NCBI GenBank assembly: GCA_963847625.1
Contig: CAWKAR010000038.1
Location: forward strand, 41,545-105,544
Direction of reading: 5' to 3'
Length of the DNA stretch: 64,000 bases
Source of the DNA: a candidate division FCPU426 bacterium
Lineage (GTDB): Bacteria > Oederibacteriota > Muellerivitia > Muellerivitales > Muellerivitaceae
Notes under the pieces: model-generated
The model's input: the letters and a program-made list of their open reading frames with translations, nothing else
Database searches by the model: none
Told to the model about the DNA's origin: nothing
Position numbers and translations under genes: made by a program
In this document: positions 58,791 to 64,000 of the stretch, one piece after another
How the letters are laid out: each line of letters starts with the position of its first letter
Position numbering within the stretch: the stretch's first letter is position 1

Positions 58791-61109
58791 ATGAATTACT
58801 TGAAAAAGATATCCCAATTTCGGCCCCACATTCCAGGGGTCATGGGTTTGGTTTTTTTGAATATTATCCTCTTTGGTGATGTTTTATTTAACAACGGCGC
58901 CCGAATTCTATCAAGCTCTCAAGCCGATATTTTTCTCCACTTCGCCGCTTGGCGGGAGTTCGCCTTTGATCAGCTTCGGCAAGGGCATCTGGTATTGTGG
59001 AATCCGCATTATCTTTGCGGAGCGCCATTTCTGGGCGGGTTTGAATCGGCCATCCTTTATCCGCCCAATTGGCTTTACCTGCTTTTGCCTCTTCCTCAGG
59101 CCATCAATGCCGGAATCATTCTCCATGTCTTCCTCGCGGGTTTTTTCACGTACCTTTGGGCGGCCAACCGAGGGCTTCATCCCCTGGCTTGTTTTGTCGC
59201 GGGAGTGATTTTTATGTTTGGGGGATCCTATTTCTTGCATCTATACGCCGGGCATTTGCCGAATCTTTGCGCGATGGTTTGGGCTCCTCTGATTTTTTTA
59301 GCGGTGGATGGTTTATTGGGAAAAAATTCGTTTGGCTGGATTCTTTTGGGAATTTTTGCCGTTTCTATGCAAATCTTGGCGGGCCATCCCCAGTACGTTT
59401 ATTTTACGGCGATCATGGCGGTGATTTATTTGCTCTTAAATATAAAAATAAATTCCAATAAATCCAAATTGGTGCTGGGCTTGATTTCAATCTTAACGGG
59501 AGCCGGGTTTCTGACTGCTATTCAATTATGGACAGGCCTTCAAGCGGCAAATGAATGCGGGCGCGACATAGCGATGGAATACCATTCGGCGAGTTCCTTT
59601 TTTTTCCCACCCGAAAATCTGATGACTTTAATATTGCCTGAAATCTTCGGAAATCTTGAGGCGTGCCACTACTGGGGCCGTTGGTTTTTATGGGAGATGT
59701 CCCTTTTTATCGGTGTCACGGCTTTTATTTTGGCGGCCATAGGCGCATTCGGGGCCGCCTCGAATAAAAAAAGAAGGGAATTAATTCTCGCGATCTTAGC
59801 ATTTATTTTTTCGGTCGGAGTTTCCACGCCCCTTTATCGTTTCTTTTATGATTACCTTCCGTTATTCAAGGGATTTAGGGGAATTAGCAAATTTGATTTT
59901 TTAACCGCTCTCTTTCTATCCATGTTAGCCGCCATTGGCTTGGATTATTTATTGAAGGCCAAAAGAATCCCGCGATGGCCTGGATTTCTCGCGATGTTTT
60001 TTGGATTCCTCATGGCTATCACGGGGGCGTGCGTTTTCTTTTCACTTCAACAAGGCCCGAAAGGTTTTTGGGGCGACATGATTCTTTCCATCCCTTGGCT
60101 GAAGACGCATCTTCTCTCCTTGAATTTAGACTCGAGAAACAAATTCATTCAAGACGCGGGCCTGCATTCCGCCGAGAGTTTATGGGTCGGGGCCGCCACT
60201 GCGGCACTCTTGTCGGTTTTTCTTGTTTTCCGAAATTCCCAACCCAAATGGGTTTATGCCATTGCCGCGGTTTCAATCCTGGAACTTTTTGTGTTTGCCC
60301 GGATGAACCGTCCCACTTTTGAATGGCCCTCGCTCCAAAAACAATTCACCGCTTTCAGAAGCCCGTATGAAAACGACAAGGGGGATTACCGGGTTTATGG
60401 AACCGCCAGCGCTTCCTTGGTCACGGGCGGATTTGATATTTGGGAAGACGAGCCCATGATTTTGGCTCGATACGGCTGTTTTGTTTGTTACAGCCAGGGA
60501 CTTCCGGAAAGCCGGTTATTTTCAGTCGTGCCGATTTTCAAAAAGTTTTCCAAAGTTTTCGCCCTGGTCCGCTTAAAGTACTTAATGTGTACCATTGAGG
60601 ACAAACTCCAGATTTATACCCTGCCATTCAAGCCTTTGCCCAGGATGCTGCTGATGGATCATTGGGAGATCGTGAGCGATCCCAAGAAAATACTGGAGTC
60701 CCTATTTGCGCCGGAATTTGATCCTGCCAAAAAAGTTTATTTGGAAAACCCGCCTGGTTTGGCGCCCTCCACCGGCGTTGGAAAAGGTTCGGTCGAGTGG
60801 AAGGATTTATCCACAGACAGCATCGAGATTCAGGCTACCGTTACGAACGCCTCCATTTTATTGGTGACCGATAATTACAGCCCGGGATGGAAAATCTGGC
60901 CCTTCCCGGACAGCGGCCAAACCCAATACCAGGTCATGCCAGGGGACGCTTTTTTACGCGCGATACCCCTTACCCCGGGGAAACACCATTTTATTTTAGA
61001 GTACCTTCCGCGGGCCTTCCTTTGGGGTAAATGGGTGTCTATCTTTTCAATCTTTTCTTATGTTTTAATAATGCTGGTCTGGTTAAAAAAAATAAAAGTG
61101 CACCTTTAA
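58791..61109 (+). CDS. YfhO-family (GT-C) membrane protein
   Basis: LWNPHYLCGAPF, LYPPNW, LAGHPQ, C-terminal DNYSPGWK...RAIPLTPGKH..LEY.P. Confidence 0.8.
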   Translation: MNYLKKISQFRPHIPGVMGLVFLNIILFGDVLFNNGARILSSSQADIFLHFAAWREFAFDQLRQGHLVLWNPHYLCGAPFLGGFESAILYPPNWLYLLLPLPQAINAGIILHVFLAGFFTYLWAANRGLHPLACFVAGVIFMFGGSYFLHLYAGHLPNLCAMVWAPLIFLAVDGLLGKNSFGWILLGIFAVSMQILAGHPQYVYFTAIMAVIYLLLNIKINSNKSKLVLGLISILTGAGFLTAIQLWTGLQAANECGRDIAMEYHSASSFFFPPENLMTLILPEIFGNLEACHYWGRWFLWEMSLFIGVTAFILAAIGAFGAASNKKRRELILAILAFIFSVGVSTPLYRFFYDYLPLFKGFRGISKFDFLTALFLSMLAAIGLDYLLKAKRIPRWPGFLAMFFGFLMAITGACVFFSLQQGPKGFWGDMILSIPWLKTHLLSLNLDSRNKFIQDAGLHSAESLWVGAATAALLSVFLVFRNSQPKWVYAIAAVSILELFVFARMNRPTFEWPSLQKQFTAFRSPYENDKGDYRVYGTASASLVTGGFDIWEDEPMILARYGCFVCYSQGLPESRLFSVVPIFKKFSKVFALVRLKYLMCTIEDKLQIYTLPFKPLPRMLLMDHWEIVSDPKKILESLFAPEFDPAKKVYLENPPGLAPSTGVGKGSVEWKDLSTDSIEIQATVTNASILLVTDNYSPGWKIWPFPDSGQTQYQVMPGDAFLRAIPLTPGKHHFILEYLPRAFLWGKWVSIFSIFSYVLIMLVWLKKIKVHL

Positions 61110-61204
61110 AAAACCGCGGGGGTTCACAACATCGGAACCTGTTTTTAATCTTACCCGGGGGTGAAGGGCCGGTTTTAAGGTGTGCCTCGGAAAAAGCGAT
61201 AAAA

Positions 61205-62083
61205 ATGAAAATTGAAAAGCTGTTCTCCGAAAAAAAACGGATCCTGTCTTTTGAGCTCTTCGCCCCCAAAAGGGAGGAGGACACGGGCCCGCTCTTTCAA
61301 ACCGCGGAGGAGTTGAAAAAACTCAATCCGGACTATATTTCAGTTACTTACGGGGCTGGGGGGACCAGCCGGAACCTGACCTACGAGATCGCGGTTCAAC
61401 TCAAACGCATGGGTATCCTGCCCTTGATGCATTTTACTTGCGCGGGTCAATCCCGCGACGAGATCCGCGCGGCCTTGTCGAAGGTGAAAGGCGCCGGGAT
61501 TGAGAACCTGCTTGCTTTGCGCGGCGACCCCCCCCAAGGGACGAGTCCATTTATCCCCCCGGCAGATGGTTTCCGGTACGCCAACGAGCTGGTCGAGTTT
61601 ATCCGCTCTGAAAACTATGATTTTTGCATCGGGGTGGCGGGGTATCCCGAGGGACATCCGGAGTCCAAGAGTAAAGAGGAAGATTTAAAAAACCTTAAAA
61701 GGAAAGTCGACTCGGGAGGACGGTTTATCGTCACGCAGTTGTTTTTTGATAACCGGGATTATTTCCAATTCGTCCGGAATGTCCGGGGCATGGGAATGTC
61801 ATTGCCCGTCCAGCCCGGAATGTGGTTATTGACCGATTATTCCCAGATCAAGAAAATTTGCACCCTCTGCGGCTCGAAAATCCCCGATGCGTTAAATGAA
61901 AAACTGGAACCCGTCAAACTCGACAAGGAAGCCGTCATCCGAATCGGTATCGAACAGGCGACCAGGCAATGCGAGGATTTGTTGAAGAACGGAGCGCCCG
62001 GCATCCATTTTTACGTGCTGAATAAGAGCCGTTTTGTCCAAAGAGTGCTGGAAAACCTCAGGGAAAAAGGTTGGACCTTTTAA
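61205..62083 (+). CDS. metF: 5,10-methylenetetrahydrofolate reductase
   Basis: LSFELFAPK, SVTYGAGG, HFTC, LALRGDPP, VAGYPEGH, TQLFFD, HFYVLN. Confidence 0.96.
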   Translation: MKIEKLFSEKKRILSFELFAPKREEDTGPLFQTAEELKKLNPDYISVTYGAGGTSRNLTYEIAVQLKRMGILPLMHFTCAGQSRDEIRAALSKVKGAGIENLLALRGDPPQGTSPFIPPADGFRYANELVEFIRSENYDFCIGVAGYPEGHPESKSKEEDLKNLKRKVDSGGRFIVTQLFFDNRDYFQFVRNVRGMGMSLPVQPGMWLLTDYSQIKKICTLCGSKIPDALNEKLEPVKLDKEAVIRIGIEQATRQCEDLLKNGAPGIHFYVLNKSRFVQRVLENLREKGWTF

Positions 62084-62218
62084 ATAAAGTATATTTGGAA
62101 AAAACCGATTCCATCAAACGGCCACCTTCCTTTTTTCGGGCTTTTATCCCTTTGTGCTTGAAAAATTTAGGGATATACTAAAAAGGTAATCGTTTATAAA
62201 TCCAGCTTAGGGGAAAAC

Positions 62219-62647
62219 ATGACCGATACCACCTCTGTTTTTAGCCGTCTTCGTCACGTGCTTCAAAATACATATTTTTTTCAATCCTTGAAAATGAATG
62301 AATTAGACGAATTGATTGGCCACTTGCGGATGATCCGGGTACAAAAAAAATATGAAATAATTAAACAGGGTGATCCGGGTGACGCCTTTTATCTCATTGC
62401 CGCAGGGAAAGTTTCGGTATGGAAAAAGAAGGGATTTAAAAACACGAAAGTGGCCGAATTGAGTACGGATGATTTTTTCGGGGAGATGGCTTTGCTCTCG
62501 AATGAACCAAGAAATGCCACCATTATCGCTGAAGAAGTGACTGAATTATTCATTCTTCAAAAATACGATTTCGAGAAGATTTTGATGAAAAACCCGGCCA
62601 TTGCCCAGGAGCTCAAGCAGGCCTACTTTGACCGTAAGGGAAAATAA
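62219..62647 (+). CDS. Stand-alone cyclic nucleotide-binding domain protein
   Basis: IIKQGDPGDAFYLIAAGKV, FFGEMALL..EPRNATI. Confidence 0.92.
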   Translation: MTDTTSVFSRLRHVLQNTYFFQSLKMNELDELIGHLRMIRVQKKYEIIKQGDPGDAFYLIAAGKVSVWKKKGFKNTKVAELSTDDFFGEMALLSNEPRNATIIAEEVTELFILQKYDFEKILMKNPAIAQELKQAYFDRKGK

Positions 62648-62709
62648 AGAATCCCTCATCATCGGTGATTGACCGGCTGGTTTAAGGCCCCGGCTTTAGC
62701 CGGGGACAT

Positions 62710-62784
62710 GCCAACTATCCATAAAGAATAATGAAGTTGGTATAGCACCGATTATCATAACAGTCTTATGGAGAATCGGCGCAT
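62710..62784 (+). mobile_element. Double-hairpin mini-element, copy C
   Basis: CAT[GCCAACT..AGTTGGTATAGCACCGATT..GAATCGGCG]CAT; removing it leaves the palindrome GCCGGGG-ACATG-CCCCGGC. Confidence 0.7.
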
Positions 62785-62843
62785 GCCCCGGCCAAGTGGC
62801 GACCCGAAGCACTGCCCTACGTTGCGGTGCGGAGGGCCGTCCC

Positions 62844-62872
62844 TTGACAAAAACCAGGAAGATTGGCATATT
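62844..62872 (+). promoter_or_regulatory. sigma70-type promoter for tRNA-Met/tilS (TTGACA-17-CATATT)
   Basis: Consensus -35, 17-nt spacer. Confidence 0.55.
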
Positions 62873-62962
62873 TTCTCCTTGTTTCGCAGCCACAAGCCTC
62901 AAAGTTCCGAACGATTTTTCTCCCTTTGAGTTTTAATCAAGTTGTTGATTAGGTTTATTAAC

Positions 62963-63039
62963 GGCGGGGTAGCTCAGCTGGTTAGAGCATTCGGCTCATA
63001 CCCGAAGTGTCGGCGGTTCGAATCCGCCCCCCGCTACCA
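62963..63039 (+). tRNA. tRNA-Met(CAT), elongator type
   Basis: GGCGGGG/CCCCGCT acceptor, anticodon loop CT-CAT-AC, GTTCGAATCC, encoded CCA. Confidence 0.93.
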
Positions 63040-63072
63040 TAACTTTGCCGTTGTCCCCGGTGGTAAATCCCC

Positions 63073-64000
63073 ATGAACGATCTGCGCCTTCCCTCAATCC
63101 CCCTACCGTTAAAATCCCGTCTTGTGGTGGGCGTTTCGGGCGGGGCGGATTCCGTGGCGCTTTTAGAGATCCTGGCCCGCCAATGGCCTCAATCCAAAGA
63201 GACCCTATTCGCGGCGCATGTCAATTACGGCCTTCGAAAGGGGAACTCCGAAAAAGATGAGGAGTTAGTCCGCTCGCATTGCCGCGCAAGGGGGATCCAA
63301 CTCCGGGTATTGAAATTAAAGGGTTTTAAGAAAAAACGCAAATCGGAAAAAAGATCGTTGCAGGATTACGCGCGCGAAATCAGATATTCCTTTTTCGCCC
63401 GGTTAGTGAAGGAAAAGAAGGCTTGGGGTGTTGTGGTGGCCCACCACCTGGAAGACCAGGCGGAAACAATCCTTGACCGTTTATTACGGGGAGCGGGCCC
63501 CCGGGGCCTGTCTGGTTTAAGGGAAGTGCAGGAATTATTTATTCCTTCCCGCCATTTTTCCCTGAAGATTTGGCGTCCATTTCTTCCCTATACCAAATCA
63601 AATATTTTGGAATTTCTTGAAAAATGGAATATTCCATGGAGGGAGGACGAGACTAACTTTCAAAATCATTACCGCCGGAACCAAATCCGCAACCAAATAA
63701 TTCCCTTTTTATCCGAGTGGAATCCTACGTTCACTCAATCCTTGTTTCGGATCGGGGAGATCACGAGTGCCGAGGACCAATATTTAGACTCCATCATGCC
63801 CCTCTTGGTTAAACGGGTGAGGGGTATTTGGAGGGGTAGATCATTTGAGTTTTACGCGCCCGCTTTTCATAAGATCCATATGGCATTGAAGAGACGTTTT
63901 GTCAGATTCGTCGTTGAAAAATCCAATAACCATGCCCGTGGGCTTTCTTTCAGGGGGATTCAAGAGATAATTCGTTTGTGGGAAGGCTATGATTCGGGTC
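63073..64000 (+). CDS. tilS: tRNA(Ile)-lysidine synthetase (runs off window)
   Basis: Manual translation: VGVSGGADSVAL, AHVNYGLR, AHHLEDQAET, RG.G..GL, WRED.TN..., RRNQIR. Confidence 0.95.
   Translation, partial: MNDLRLPSIPLPLKSRLVVGVSGGADSVALLEILARQWPQSKETLFAAHVNYGLRKGNSEKDEELVRSHCRARGIQLRVLKLKGFKKKRKSEKRSLQDYAREIRYSFFARLVKEKKAWGVVVAHHLEDQAETILDRLLRGAGPRGLSGLREVQELFIPSRHFSLKIWRPFLPYTKSNILEFLEKWNIPWREDETNFQNHYRRNQIRNQIIPFLSEWNPTFTQSLFRIGEITSAEDQYLDSIMPLLVKRVRGIWRGRSFEFYAPAFHKIHMALKRRFVRFVVEKSNNHARGLSFRGIQEIIRLWEGYDSG

Noticed and set aside
61110..61204. SAM/SAH riboswitch upstream of metF
   Set aside because: Core consensus motifs were not found in the 95-nt spacer.
62963..63039. tRNA-Ile2(CAT), the TilS substrate, given adjacency to tilS
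   Set aside because: GGCGG acceptor stem and CTCATAC loop resemble elongator tRNA-Met; an isotype-specific model (tRNAscan-SE) would settle it.

Overview
Bacterial chromosomal window, mostly core and cell-envelope genes. The left part (1-28.2 kb) is GC-rich: a partial B12-radical-SAM gene, UDP-glucuronate decarboxylase, two NHL-propeller proteins (one frameshifted), dksA, lemA-htpX, GT9, a pseudouridine synthase with a decayed duplicate, a PLP aminotransferase, a haem cluster (hemD-hemE fusion, hemH, hemY/G) interrupted by an AT-rich gene and an IS30, and a methyltransferase/Trm112/glycosyltransferase/asnB cluster. The middle (28.2-58.6 kb) is visibly AT-richer: efp-accB-accC-comB-thiD2-thiC, ferredoxin, dnaJ-rsmE-aroE, pilB-pilT-pilC-pilMNOPQ, aroC-aroK-[IS1380]-aroB, TPR/roadblock genes, ftsB, tRNA-Leu, tRNA-fMet and folate genes. 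The right end has a YfhO-like gene, metF, a cNMP-binding protein, tRNA-Met and a partial tilS. The most unusual signals are non-coding. (i) A ~620-bp array (7292-7907) of ~30 units phased at 21-22 bp, whose 11-bp core switches in blocks between four motifs. (ii) A 75-97-bp double-hairpin mini-element found three times, each inserted at a duplicated CAT inside another palindromic repeat. (iii) An IS30 inserted exactly into a start codon. All product calls come from motif recognition by eye; no searches were run.
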